The position numbers and the translations under genes were made by a program. A DNA stretch of 38,447 nucleotides from a virus (taxonomy: Duplodnaviria; Caudoviricetes), in IMG/VR virus record IMGVR_UViG_3300005582_000033, positions 1 through 38,447 of that record. One strand, given 5' to 3'. Each line of letters starts with the position of its first letter. The first letter of the stretch is position 1. Below the pieces are notes generated by a model. That model had not been told where the DNA came from. It saw only the letters and a program-made list of their open reading frames with translations, and did no database searches. Shown here piece after piece: positions 28,901 to 32,148 of this stretch.

Positions 28901-29534
28901 GATGGCACTCGTCACGAATGCAATGGCCGAGCCGGACTTGCGCGAAAACCGGAAGTTCCAACAATACCTCGCCGGACGGGTCGCAATGGTGGTGCCAAAC
29001 ATCATCAAGCAACCGCTCCGCGAGATGGACAACCTGTATCGCGAACGGTCGAACGACTTCATGCAGGAAGTTCTGTATCAGGTCGCGCCCATCGGCCAGA
29101 AGTCGGCCAAGGTCGATCCTTGGGGCGAGCAGGCGGAAAAGACCGGCTTCGCGGCAACGCGGATTTTCGACGTGACCGACGCTGGCACCGACAAGCCGCA
29201 CCCGGTCGATCAGATGCTTCTCCGCTGGAGGGATTCCGGCAAGTGGTCGAAAGCTGCCGACGAGGCAGACCGCAAGCCGTGGTTCCCCAGCCCGATCGCC
29301 AACTCGACGTTCAAGAATCCTAGCACCGGCCAAACGGTGAAGATGAACGAGGCGCAGTTGGCGGAGTTCCGCGAGAAGGCGGGCAAGGCCACCGCGGCGA
29401 AGTTGAAGGCTCTCAGCCTAAATTACGAGTCGCCAACCGCTTTGGATATTGAGAAGGTCAAGAAAGCCGTGACGGATTCCCGCCGGATGATGAAAGACGC
29501 CCTCGCCCATAAATTCAGCCGAACCACCAAATGA
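7902..29534 (+). CDS. Giant polyvalent internal-virion/ejection protein, 7210 aa (glycine-zipper region, 2 zincin-like domains, DarB-like methylase-SF2 helicase, SAM-MTase, ParB-like, zeta-toxin-like kinase, 2 ART-PolyVal-like domains, C-terminal ejection-protein-like region)
   Basis: Uninterrupted 21.6-kb ORF with the motifs listed in the sub-features. The architecture matches the phage polyvalent-protein class. Confidence 0.93.
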   Translation: MSDESSFFRQKPQDAVPTGQSQEAVDASPSELSGGFQQQAQAPVWKSFVDNQDYQDANRGAIQAEQQQMRQAASAASSGDIFKGVNGKLIHKARGQRPVEYDAADWTDDPIAGPEARKSMWDREIRTSRQEAETNSLELANPAFHAQELKQKDREAIEAEGSMLQETDPRHVELKSKLVADDDYKARKADMAQRAWNAKVRASQLEAMDPEEWWMNRQAQPAPTPTEQRQATVQAAQSTAAQGQAADQQAAARMQEINTKLQGGVTAAESKSLLAERAEIAANRARIADINAGAAGQIEGVKAESANATPPKDFFDLGDTVSGIWDAVKGLGTSAPAAFYQLVEGMERPDQYSDSAKAAFAEADAFNKEMQAKTEANQKAGTSSSVGESFREAGGSLGFSLGSMAAAIPASIVGTKAGAAAGGAIGGGIGALGAGVGAVPGAGIGASIGGTIGGVTAGMAASGTAAYRMAGAAFLNETFNTGLQEYEAVNGVPMPENERKALYEALLPVAKNTALWEAGPEAVGNAFMMGAGKIILGSTAKKIAAEAAKAVPGLTVKRIAAIQTGKVVGSTAEREAIGAATKQVGSKFLNTKLGKLTAGLADLPVEITTEAATQVEQSADQQKGDMIARGEDASGIKADWSAGGIAEAFKEVTPQTLALMLLMGGGAASVKGVYKAGEKVLSGGDYKKDNARAGEALEAVNTGLAAIDPQATPATPDEMHAAAFIARPTDGPAEIADAVMVERELKALSEQEAQGRADNLAGIQAELDNAIASGAKAPAIKAIQTKLDAASAEAPSSSAHLTRAALQIAAGKDLTSLSPEELAAVGYESKDGKPKKDANGKDVTPTTYSPIKPAKGATAASPMITKGADGSIILTDTALDMVAAASPRARARITMKATEAIEKANVRAEAARQATLAAPAASGQAGAGVPAGSSAPVLPNTFDVPMRDGTMMRVQAKDANDALREAAAVGQIAGTPAVAVAAPPSAGASNGAPGDPATGSPAGVGGIAPSETGAPAEELAPVAKEIATAAKAQQILAEHKAGHVKALNDNIREVAKDTGMNVTDKTPLQEVIDHLEAKFPTAKIEDVPAETIKRVTSLVGKTLGGYMKNPAVKAVLVIDPKNKFKAGTHTDHIKINPRLLIEEIAIAGLSDSDAKTYIDRVLFEELHHLSQVQTFAEIYAKDKQAGPDYGVWLNNYCQSLIAEFKRVGIYKDALTVYGEDIQAREAYVQVAEINRMILQDAMTGNPTEATKAAFSSPAIREVITAAIAKLKKFVATFRANPSAFSKELVENIARVEELLAQYDIPELTGTPNQGPTNAGNRPEKPNRSGPNAGTPKAAEAASNSQPASPSGTQPGGLETPVSSAWVGKRVAFVRNGERLEGEVSYAEETWRGPLLQVKLDTPDASGTPTRAIFLDQMLDATGATITGFEDLTPPEASTEDPSILPEDSPNLSDIAEKNEQDFEEDRKEIEPRLPQGLKVVMGDQFRGPQIQVSMDGKELRVAPGFLTRLKNKFKSAWKAVIDIVIDEEVFHHQDIEARGGQDAAEKSWAEEWKSASAEIKRLVAIAYGKMSGLDDAQKGAELSRMKSQVARLGKMTESMSTDSKRVEAATRLVELLSPQQQSTPQDTAEVAEPPQDNAEPAAMTFKELQDEFFNMAVEGWRKDMPFRQEADEMLGRKVTDAEWEILDQEFFDGSEEYDKITNTAPVGPPRDWSGETFADDAPLPLGIHTVDGVRFEWKEGEINAVDPGFFPVTTSGYRSVMSGFNKDAKFTINDYRKLAKDGEKVVKEQFALEKKNILKALKSKGMGWELSGLRQKFDSKNHDAEISRWPEKLRVEMVALTKQLLDAIASKDVVVEDPTNNDALKNVAAELKNAFDAFMGKPAAPAAEAKPAKPKKAKAAQPEPVATPAVADKVNGMIQADDGKFYADTRAMQQLNSDEKRVQHEHIGFGDFETKTPHGDVAWLRMDDKNFEGMTGRVHLLAGNEASVAFLVDVLRSKGVFEPGPATPAEKAPAAAEPSTREVTLDDGRVLQVRGEGAATYWRDPTVTNGPGAGAFILASPEFRKQIEAAESSPAATVDPALEAARAKARAVLDGLFAGPLPSNRNALRAAQLPKGFTQEIPAERFMPLMEAASAMVQAGVNTPEALAAEMDNLAPDRKAVPFVQAFWFALKAAGAKGKAEPKWATIYRDLDSKAEQAQISTKEQPDEQTQRDGNSGSATDVGTEEPTSRPGEGTDPALDPSAGGDVATGGIQPGQPDGSGRGELPGGSVPGGDGDVVGAGDNDGAPEGNSGSGSSVAGAGVRNATRPELGSPEANFVIEDGFSMPKGEKARIAANLKAITLLREIEAQGRDATLEEKKILSAYSGWGSFKNAFNRVNQKNWLSINERLENASPYYRDNIRDSSAYQELRAWRDKWGELFDTLDEMLSPEEFRAMSKSIRNAHFTALPIIDSMWNMVRAMGFKGGNVLETSVGAGYFVGRQPVDMANVSKWSAVELDSITARVFSKLYPESRINGNAPDAGRVVDGQGFQKSKIPNNSQDLIIGNFPFAKDGPMESLKEFGRKLNLHNYFFARSIDKLKPGGILIAITSNSTMDNNIIQRELIAGRVELVQAIRLPNDAFKENAGTEVTTDILILRKKDGSRDAQSESWTNTESVGEDTVYARQGDKSDHAFLSEISPDWVPVDEDLREPWKEWRAKKSKSGVKWDLLTHLINNHRYGSQGIPFRAQMVVNEYFARHPETVIGRHALEGSMYSAGSYAVVSDGVDVQARLNELIKSLPSDLFEESELGLYSEPETIEASAQHRNGSIVLVNDQPHHVVQGELVPVRWDLEYTEDFLADAKEVKAVLAGNPELKARFAATFDTLNGNMLANWIDGFLDEHLTPETAKKIRDKIAKEVARRNAVFKSWVKVRDSARALMDAELRGDPAGELYREALNQSYDAHVAEHGAFSARSRAGSRNPHKFLFDEDDSPLLESLEDEVLTGTDDKGKPIYRYEKRPIFTESMVSNAIAPTSAKDIKEAVGTSMGYKGRISLKYMASLLKVSKDEAAKQLAESGLAFKNPKSGLYETADFYLSGEVRAKLREAEEAETLEKGVYQSNIEALTKIIPENRPIQAISVILGNRWLPGSIYSKFADEVIGMDTPEVRYEQASNSFKINTAGDNKRRRNRGERDVRAADPDYLGTDRVRPEEIFENILNSRETKVMRAGPTRGSIVLDAEATIEAQTRAGQMMDKFAEWVKTSKDEVEHEGKTYRVSDLAEQEFNDKVAGLVTPTYVGEWVTLPGQSGEIWLKPHRKAVLARLLTMGYGMMAHGVGSGKTYNQIALAMELRRLGKARRVVTIVQNSTIRQFAASHMKAYPHAKILVADEENFSARKRARFLAKIATGDYDSIIMTHSNISQIGHDEQAIRNYMARAIGEMEEVLAGAEAGSQQQGDIQAALDQLQEKLEKLLAKATSRAGSVLTWEQLGVDAIIVDEAHEFKNAPIITRKERIKNLPASGTASDRAVMMQMKTRSVQSMTGGKNVFFATGTPITNTMAEAYTMINFIAPHILESKNINNFDDFATMFGRTVSEPEATWRGAIEMVERFAKFVNGPELVALIRSVFDVALGNENLGIRVPRIKGGGPEMLIVEPTEASEIFNDWVIDTAAEFDGIQNKRAAFQEDPWMQAIPIMIMQAGMAQAIDPRLINPMAPDDPASKVNQLVARMIDIYKDGTERKTAQVVFTDLSNPFSTLLLKQFNGDPFAEYGDVTPEMADLEAQIMAAPTETPAEKKAKTKLVNRLSDLAEKRFSLMDDIKQKLVAADIPASEIFLADSSINPKKLKASFDKVNSGEIRIIIGSTARLGTGVNIQERLAAAHNLSPPRDFKPAMMEQRIGRIERQGNLHRDWADQALVHVVQKMAKISFDAKKLEDRYEMAIDWLEKNGTDKQKEIARKAEAQFEIIVINYGLKFSMDSSVYSMMKAKQKFIDQVLMGENVTDEFDDPMSAESNAFALMAAEAMGDENLKRRVILDGELNKLTALRTAHVRDKNNRENTLDRAKNDVASLTRQDPDGIRAEGKKFAGLYGRKKRIVKTTKGAFEKIFPGHFGKITAEQEKEPWEREVEAPVYRFADQEIDTAKSDQTITKPLNVFIADAMVDAKDTGEIATRDITLNGERFVLAVSHYKSFGESRYSARVVWPGKVAGRVVFEASVNVSGESPASSLLDGLRTLSNPDYAEKYASNIEREIEMHQQTVATLEPLVANPRPFAEEQEWREKSRESIEVNRLLAQANSDPRKHRYFRALSRLVGDDATEQILGIDGKEGLPDVPADVWKRMFIRFRLDRRGVQNNPAAIAKRFRDVVATDTGQAAADAARAEADAARGGLGNSPIAGIAPGVITDEMIADLTRKLTPPGFMFASPRYRKRDGRLATLRGIENKLAPKLEALEARDMFGLGLADKRDHAAKIAAAKKPLEKIRAEIAKIEKDKYQETMRGETSLLRAGPLPAPILTNSPEWMAMDKDERLATVKRQKSVARQYVEAIKSLFNEDLGTNDGLKDVPEINSNPVEMIREIRHLVGITINGMQPLRAGPLPASQAWSTPQQRVSSKATSISYPDPANKSPIVFTAFKAGKISIGPINADIGGGRFDQITNWLKTRGVTNVVWDRFNRSDEFNNASKKRLQGGKADTATASNVLNVIPEKESRIATIATAFDSIKIGGTAAFSMYEAPQGGDKGKDSYQHSKKTAEYIPEIEEVFGKGNVKRIGEILVATKNSPLQAGPLPAPATDFKRFPAEWNSLNVPRAEMPQVPTSERPAFLQFLKDAGVKVTDEQMAPKAITPIQIEYFPSKVERAKGIPPERRVFVSADNYLLDGHHQWMAQRDRSTVNVTRIGLPVREAIGTMFLFPGTEKREGGTALNAGPLPQNTGVKAYRYVNRDGVGMLNREAYNIDKLNDDDASDLEEWLNYGLQQPRGVANDQVFLFTEEGDAKHAEGLRLLKKAARRGFVKQTVFVSGEPSWESGDGQIAVSSSQIKQTSPGNLRAGPLPAPDPRLVKEFGENFEADEYGMPVIPKTLPDGHPLLVQTVDKKTATIPADHPLVAGLPKDHDLARGLPADHPAFKGGFLQSGEMSRRAMRRGIVRFFMSFGTPLADDVKPIAYATGGGGGAGKSTILKILSGEGSINTVGAVPVNSDDIKALIPEWNEIVKAGDGRAAAIVHEESSKTAKDILGKLLTGDTKYNFIYDATLANTEKSIRQFGEWKAAGFDVVMIAVTIDPQEAVVRATLRAKETGRWVPTGELFKAHAGFNRGVMELMGIADTAYAYDNTPPEAHKIAEKSSETDTISIVNQEFFEKIKLREEEVPTQSNQDAGDNLRRADQQGTRSPEGGGQGGNGADQGQGSLTPPELARLMRGDRGDDTIEPTGQEEWAKRNPASAAKLRAAVDRQARAKGYTPEKVFHTTESTESTAGKTYPYAPGDLRYTGTKAEDWDEVSINERGAFYVTDDKDAADQFGWLKTRYKSLKHRTIELYAKQGNYFDSSNPDHMESVKRSVTREELKASNDFWEDFHKKNPDGGFVNKNTSPPRWGQFWKKDIVGWQVMEDHRVIAKLKEAGFDGYRSREMSPDEDNEIDFMSLGVFNPSSVKSADLVTFDKSGKPIPISERFDDSKPSILYAGPLPTAQNNDAEELARLMKGDGAREPEPTKFREDRAKYIKWYDERLERKDEFNLLNPNNRGDAATALYNEYLSRQPFAKLPEERNYRGNISDDLLTPTTNQKFWAERNPVSAAKLRKAVDSQARAKGYEVDMLLHGTPGNNKEIADDSQKNGPNEIRSYDGTAPGDFDVFDAKNTRQGMGLHFFTKDRVFAEEFTTFEDTNGRRPGGYRYIPAYLKIRKAWDSRNPEHQDIIRDLVPEDQQQHIGSEFTFRYVEQPDAIARLKSLGFDAIRLFENPGMSGDWAYDGYTHTVAVFNSSQAKDASLVTFDKSGKPIPIAERFDDSKDSILFAGPLTPADPLSYKKADQTDPLRQGSKYWITSGGTWYQSIGEHGNSAAEMEDDGISTDDAIRVVVENGKTLFFEGSPNRRQLKELKDAAQMYRFDLIDDSGRLYAGPIGTPAPEGDIFRRNVPINPALVEEAKAEREAFGKNMAGGRLAGFGSDRTRAEQDAIDAVYEFTRTVQKNADTMNVARQMLARDPADIERKLLDSVTDKDFNLTPADHLAIQLLIDRKTQEAGNDPNKLAENGARMMAYRIMRGDAGRLLQIGYDRYLTPAERNLASITDAIFTPTKKIQKVIASRPVSERAAFIRAAAEARVKTVEAELKKAGLSIAEITRKSDKLALENSQMMKEVMKLRKTLDQNILKMIQHGATLADINRRYGPEAAAQAQGIKDKAMDELEAKITPMVQAGMTMEEIVAKLGALQAGPIGGATPAPLTPAQVAAQVAQIMANGLGLARGPIAATAPLPRAARAKPLVNVAPTAINSDWSRPIINAALDTYTFDTKDRSGIMTRVENIRMLAGAVGQIDKLDPAKKAQALAHLAEIDKILAKYGTDTNTLLAEVHAGKPVESYRFDINDVQHVAHIARIISTMDADWIDKASEVLYANMLSGLQTMVVNATAVFPAAWEATVGRGFEMAINIAVGDPLAPQAGEMKYILAALKPAWTRAWSNFSASMQAQHPMFDRDVLNQQPDIERVMGGKGYRMGGSISGKKGDIIRIPSRLLMATDDFNMTLFTMADVGAYAFRFVKSQGFKPGTPQFDKEMRIQINTPGSESYILAATRYKRAIFSNPLPGERDPVTGKTVPVHGLGDMVGEWAGKLNGALTKEHDSMFIKLAQTLAKISFFPFQRVPFNILRKGIRYTPNPVSLFDIGLGIVQNSLTTGPNGETVWEWNTNKRNAELIERLGMQLQGAALLTLLVAVGAGEGDDDDLKKPFLITGSMPFTPQGRAMRDAQTRSGLGPSRFSFRNKDGTERFGFNYGRLEPLATTLAATIDTVRAVKRAHRAGKDNYDAAAEALGGLVAQAKDKSFLRGVSDLMALVTNAMAEPDLRENRKFQQYLAGRVAMVVPNIIKQPLREMDNLYRERSNDFMQEVLYQVAPIGQKSAKVDPWGEQAEKTGFAATRIFDVTDAGTDKPHPVDQMLLRWRDSGKWSKAADEADRKPWFPSPIANSTFKNPSTGQTVKMNEAQLAEFREKAGKATAAKLKALSLNYESPTALDIEKVKKAVTDSRRMMKDALAHKFSRTTK
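9090..9905 (+). other. Glycine-zipper/hydrophobic membrane-interacting region of the giant protein
   Basis: GAAAGGAIGGGIGALGAGVGAVPGAGIGASIGGTIGGVTAGMAASG and LALMLLMGGGAA. Confidence 0.6.
11250..11800 (+). other. Zincin-like metallopeptidase domain 1 (EExxH variant)
   Basis: IDRVLFEELHHLSQ (EELHH at 11391-11405) with downstream AEINRM (E at 11595). Confidence 0.55.
11806..12012 (+). CDS. Candidate nested gene (+1 frame), 68 aa, inside a linker of the giant ORF
   Basis: MTSQNSPELQTKGQQMLEIVQKSQIGAVRTLELLKLPKRQAIASLQAQAGLSRADSKHLFHLHGSAKE, an amphipathic helical sequence. The main frame here is mostly a G/P/N/S linker. Confidence 0.45.
   Translation: MTSQNSPELQTKGQQMLEIVQKSQIGAVRTLELLKLPKRQAIASLQAQAGLSRADSKHLFHLHGSAKE
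12300..12750 (+). other. Zincin-like metallopeptidase domain 2 (EExxH variant), paralog of domain 1
   Basis: IDIVIDEEVFHHQD (12480-12497) with downstream AELSRM (E at 12642). Confidence 0.5.
14473..14501 (+). promoter_or_regulatory. Putative internal sigma70-like promoter for nested ORF 14521-14832
   Basis: TTGACA (14473-14478), 17-nt spacer, CAGATT (14496-14501, 3/6 match to TATAAT), then AAGGA and ATG at 14521. Confidence 0.4.
14521..14832 (+). CDS. Candidate nested gene (+1 frame), 103 aa, immediately before the DarB-like module
   Basis: MSKLSETETAEVLLMLGRKNLLHAPAKALTQLWIQ...LKEIAEAGVPWLEREFVMQHDPS. About three quarters of codons end in G/C in this frame. There is an AAGGA upstream and a promoter-like element, and the main frame is a G/D/S/P linker over this span. 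Confidence 0.65.
   Translation: MSKLSETETAEVLLMLGRKNLLHAPAKALTQLWIQAQEGTLPPEEFSPDSQMAADEASYRADLFQEVTEMLSEQEITTARLKEIAEAGVPWLEREFVMQHDPS
14847..16260 (+). other. DarB-like N6-adenine DNA methyltransferase domain
   Basis: ARIAANLKAITLL...ILSAYSGWG signature, motif I VLETSVGAGYF (15300-15332), motif IV IIGNFPF (GNFPF at 15531-15545), LHNYFF, AIRLPNDAF, TEVTTDILILRK. Confidence 0.85.
16260..19950 (+). other. DarB-like SF2/SNF2 helicase-ATPase region
   Basis: YLSGEVRAKL, Walker A AHGVGSGKT (17823-17849), DEAH (18315-18326), FATGTPITN, LGTGVNIQ, motif VI QRIGRIERQGN (19506-19538). Confidence 0.88.
21603..22148 (+). other. Second, small class I SAM-dependent methyltransferase cassette
   Basis: NADIGGG motif I (DIGGG at 21744-21758), VVWDRFN, SNVLNVI (21897-21917); bounded by LRAGPLP and LQAGPLP. 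Confidence 0.7.
22170..22568 (+). other. ParB/sulfiredoxin-like domain cassette
   Basis: PRAEMPQV, TPIQ, VFVSADNYLLDGHHQW (DGHHQW at 22434-22451); bounded by LQAGPLP and LNAGPLP. Confidence 0.7.
23283..23880 (+). other. Zeta-toxin-like P-loop kinase domain
   Basis: GGGGGAGKST (23301-23330), VNSDDIK, VHEESS, FIYDATL, RAKETGRWVP, YAYDNT. Confidence 0.8.
23887..24021 (+). CDS. Candidate nested gene (+1 frame), 44 aa, directly after the zeta-toxin domain; possible antitoxin
   Basis: GTG start; MKKKSQLSQIKMPAIISAEQISKERARQKAADKAAMARIKAKGR-TAA. 36 of 44 codons end in G/C in this frame, while the main frame is a G/Q/D linker. Confidence 0.5.
   Translation: MKKKSQLSQIKMPAIISAEQISKERARQKAADKAAMARIKAKGR
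24030..24827 (+). other. ART-PolyVal-like ADP-ribosyltransferase-fold domain, copy 1
   Basis: ARAKGY..KVFHTT, GAFYVTDD, IELYAK, LKEAGFDGY, VFNPSSVKSAD, TFDKSGKPIPISERFD. Confidence 0.65.
24765..25784 (+). repeat. 30-bp exact direct repeat TTCGACAAGTCCGGCAAGCCAATCCCGATT (24765-24794 and 25755-25784)
   Basis: Read directly. An 18-bp exact repeat GAACTCGCCCGCCTGATG (24030-24047 and 24873-24890) marks the other end of the duplicated unit. Confidence 0.9.
24873..25817 (+). other. ART-PolyVal-like ADP-ribosyltransferase-fold domain, copy 2
   Basis: ARAKGY...LLHGT, FDVFD, LHFFTKD, YIPAYLKI, LKSLGFDAI, VAVFNSSQAK, TFDKSGKPIPIAERFD. Confidence 0.7.
27550..29534 (+). other. C-terminal region resembling podovirus large internal virion/ejection proteins
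   Basis: PSRLLMATDDF, FFPFQRVPFNILRKGIRYTP, FNYGRLEPLAT, DKSFLRGVSDL and a hydrophobic segment AALLTLLVAVG. Recognised from memory of such proteins, not by search. Confidence 0.55.
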
Positions 29535-29668
29535 TCGCTCCTGATTCAACTCCGTTCCCATCCGATTACAAACTCACGCCCGAGCAAGAGCGGGATATTA
29601 TTGATTTTGCGAAGAATCGCTTAAAGCAAATCGAAGCCGAAATGGCTGATAAAACACCACGACCATGA
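29531..29668 (+). CDS. 45-aa mini-protein homologous to the portal N-terminal segment
   Basis: MIAPDSTPFPSDYKLTPEQERDIIDFAKNRLKQIEAEMADKTPRP. ATGA overlaps with both flanking genes; 12/30 ungapped identity to portal residues 32-61. Confidence 0.65.
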   Translation: MIAPDSTPFPSDYKLTPEQERDIIDFAKNRLKQIEAEMADKTPRP

Positions 29669-31854
29669 ACCACGAAAACGATCAATTCGCCCGCGTCATC
29701 GAACCCAAGGAAGGCGAAGAACCGCAGCATGACGATGGTTATAGTCCAGTAATGGGTTTTCCAACTTCCTACGAACTCACCCGCGATCAGGAGGCGGATC
29801 TGGTCGCCCACGCGATGACCCGCAAGGAAACGCTGGAACGTCAGATGGGCCGTGATTTGTGTTCCGGGTCCGGGTGGTATAACTCGCCCGGAGCATCCGG
29901 TCGCGACGCCATGGGCATTGACGCGCCGCAAGAAACGTGGATCGGCAAGCGCACGCTTTTCGATCTTACCTACCGCAACGACATGCGTTGGCGGGTAGGT
30001 CTGCTTGGCGGGATATTTGCCAAGACCAACCTCGTCGTGCCGGCCGCGCGGCGGATCTGCCGCCAGATGATCGCCCGCGCGGTGAATTACTTCTTCGCGA
30101 CCTCGCCATGGTTCTCCGCTTACCCGGTGGGCGCAATGGACCGGATCAAGGCCGACCAGACCGACCGCTACTCCCGTTGGAAAATGGACCAAGCGAAGCT
30201 CCAGCGGACGGAAGAGCAGGCGGTCGAACGCGCGTTCATCCTCGGCGAAGCCGTCATCAAGACCAGTTGGGCGAACCGCCAGCAGTTCTACAAGACCGAG
30301 GCGGAAGTCCTGGTCGATGCGAACGGCGCGGACATTCTCGGAGCCGATGGAGACTACATCATGCCGTCCGACAAGTGGATCCTCGACTCGACAGAAGACC
30401 CCGCCACCGGCGAGATGATCCCCGGCGAGTTGATGATGCTCGGTCGCGACGGCGTGACTCCGCAGCCCGCGGATTTGATTTTCGCCAGCAAGAAGATCAC
30501 CCGCCGAATCACCCACTACAAGGGGCCGGAGGCGAAGGTGATCCAGTTCCGGGACTTCCTTTGCCCGCTCGAAGCGGAAACCGTGCAGGAGGCGGATTGC
30601 GTCGTCCACATCTACGACAAGCCGATCATGGAGCTCGCCGATGAATGGAAAAAGGCGATTCCGCTCGACGCCACCGCGGAAGAGCGCATGGACGCCAACC
30701 GCCGCGCCGTGGAGATGCTCCGCCGGATCGGCAACTCGTCCGGTGACACCAACTCCGCGCAGAACAGCGGCGCGGTCGATAACGCGTCCGCCGAGCGGCT
30801 GCATTCCGACCAGACCCAGCCGGTGCTTGAAATCGGGGAATTCCATCTTCGCTACGACGCCGACGGCGACGGTCTTCTCGAAGACGTGTTCCTGGTCATC
30901 GACCTGAAAACCCGCACGCCGATTTTCTACGACTACGAGGCCAACATCACGCCGGACGGATTGCGGCCGTTCTCGGTGGTCCGCGTTAATGAGGTTCCGG
31001 GCCGGTGGTATGGACTCGGCGCGATGGAAATGTTCCAAACCTCGCAGGAGATCGTGGACCTTTGGATGAACCGCAAGAGTTTCGCGAGTTCGTCATCCGG
31101 GCGGGTGACGTTCTGGGATCCGTCGAAGACCAAGGAGGGCGCGGCGAATCCACACCTTCAACTCAACGGCGGGATGACCTACACGCTGAACACCGGAGCA
31201 AAGGCGGAAGAGGCTCTTTCTGTTATCTACCTCGACGACAACAAAATCGACGACTTGCAGCAGATGATCGAGTTCTTCATGCAGTTGATGATGAACGAGT
31301 CCGGTATCGCGAATGCCAACGATGGAAACGTGTCCGGCATGGACTCCACCAAGCTGGCGACCGGAATCCGCAATATCGAGAAGTCCGGCCAAGAGCTCTT
31401 CGGAATTTACCTTGGGCACCTCGAACCGGGGATTTCCGAGTCGTTGGAAAAGATGGTGAAGATCCTGTTTTCCAACATGGACCAGATGGAGGTTTACCGG
31501 TATTTCGAGAGCGGCGAGGCTGGCGGCGAGGATTCGAGCGAAATGCGCGAGATCAATCCCGGCGACATCGCCAACCTCCAGATCAACACCCGCGTCCTTC
31601 TCACCCGCCGCCGCGGCGAACAGGTGATCGAGTCGAACGCGCGGATCATCGAGCTGGTCGAGAAGTTTTACGGATTCCCGTTCCTGATTCAACAGATCGT
31701 CGTGACGCAGTTTGTGGAAATGGCGAAACAGTTCCAGTGCCCGGATCCGCAAAAGCTGTTTATTCCGGTGGAAGTGCCAATCGTCGGACCATCCGGTCCG
31801 GTGAACGGAGCTCCGCCGACATCGCAACCTCGACAATCGGCACCGAACCTGTAA
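29665..31854 (+). CDS. Portal protein (P22/N4-like podovirus type), 729 aa
   Basis: Size, position and motifs AFILGEAVIKTSW, YDADGDGLLE, RPFSVVRVNEVPGRWYGLG, KLATGI. Confidence 0.85.
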   Translation: MNHENDQFARVIEPKEGEEPQHDDGYSPVMGFPTSYELTRDQEADLVAHAMTRKETLERQMGRDLCSGSGWYNSPGASGRDAMGIDAPQETWIGKRTLFDLTYRNDMRWRVGLLGGIFAKTNLVVPAARRICRQMIARAVNYFFATSPWFSAYPVGAMDRIKADQTDRYSRWKMDQAKLQRTEEQAVERAFILGEAVIKTSWANRQQFYKTEAEVLVDANGADILGADGDYIMPSDKWILDSTEDPATGEMIPGELMMLGRDGVTPQPADLIFASKKITRRITHYKGPEAKVIQFRDFLCPLEAETVQEADCVVHIYDKPIMELADEWKKAIPLDATAEERMDANRRAVEMLRRIGNSSGDTNSAQNSGAVDNASAERLHSDQTQPVLEIGEFHLRYDADGDGLLEDVFLVIDLKTRTPIFYDYEANITPDGLRPFSVVRVNEVPGRWYGLGAMEMFQTSQEIVDLWMNRKSFASSSSGRVTFWDPSKTKEGAANPHLQLNGGMTYTLNTGAKAEEALSVIYLDDNKIDDLQQMIEFFMQLMMNESGIANANDGNVSGMDSTKLATGIRNIEKSGQELFGIYLGHLEPGISESLEKMVKILFSNMDQMEVYRYFESGEAGGEDSSEMREINPGDIANLQINTRVLLTRRRGEQVIESNARIIELVEKFYGFPFLIQQIVVTQFVEMAKQFQCPDPQKLFIPVEVPIVGPSGPVNGAPPTSQPRQSAPNL

Positions 31855-31866
31855 TCTCGCGGGACC

Positions 31867-32148
31867 ATGACCGAAGAAGAAGCCACCGCCCGCGAAGAGG
31901 TCGAAAAGTCCACCCAGGCGATTCGAGAAATCGACGGACTGACGAGCACTCACGAATTCCAAGGGTTCAAACTGAGGGTTGAGCGCAAGGCGGCGGAGTT
32001 GGCGGAAACGGTGCTGGAAGGCAACGTCGGCGGCGAAGAACGCGAAAAGCTCCGATTGCAACGCATCGGCCTGCTTTCCAGCCTGCGGATGCTTGTTTCC
32101 GACCGGGAAGGACACGCATCCATCCTCCGATCACACGGGATCGGTTAA
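31867..32148 (+). CDS. Small helical protein following the portal, 93 aa
   Basis: Co-oriented, GACCATG start, amphipathic helices; a small gene here is common in podovirus head modules. Confidence 0.7.
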   Translation: MTEEEATAREEVEKSTQAIREIDGLTSTHEFQGFKLRVERKAAELAETVLEGNVGGEEREKLRLQRIGLLSSLRMLVSDREGHASILRSHGIG

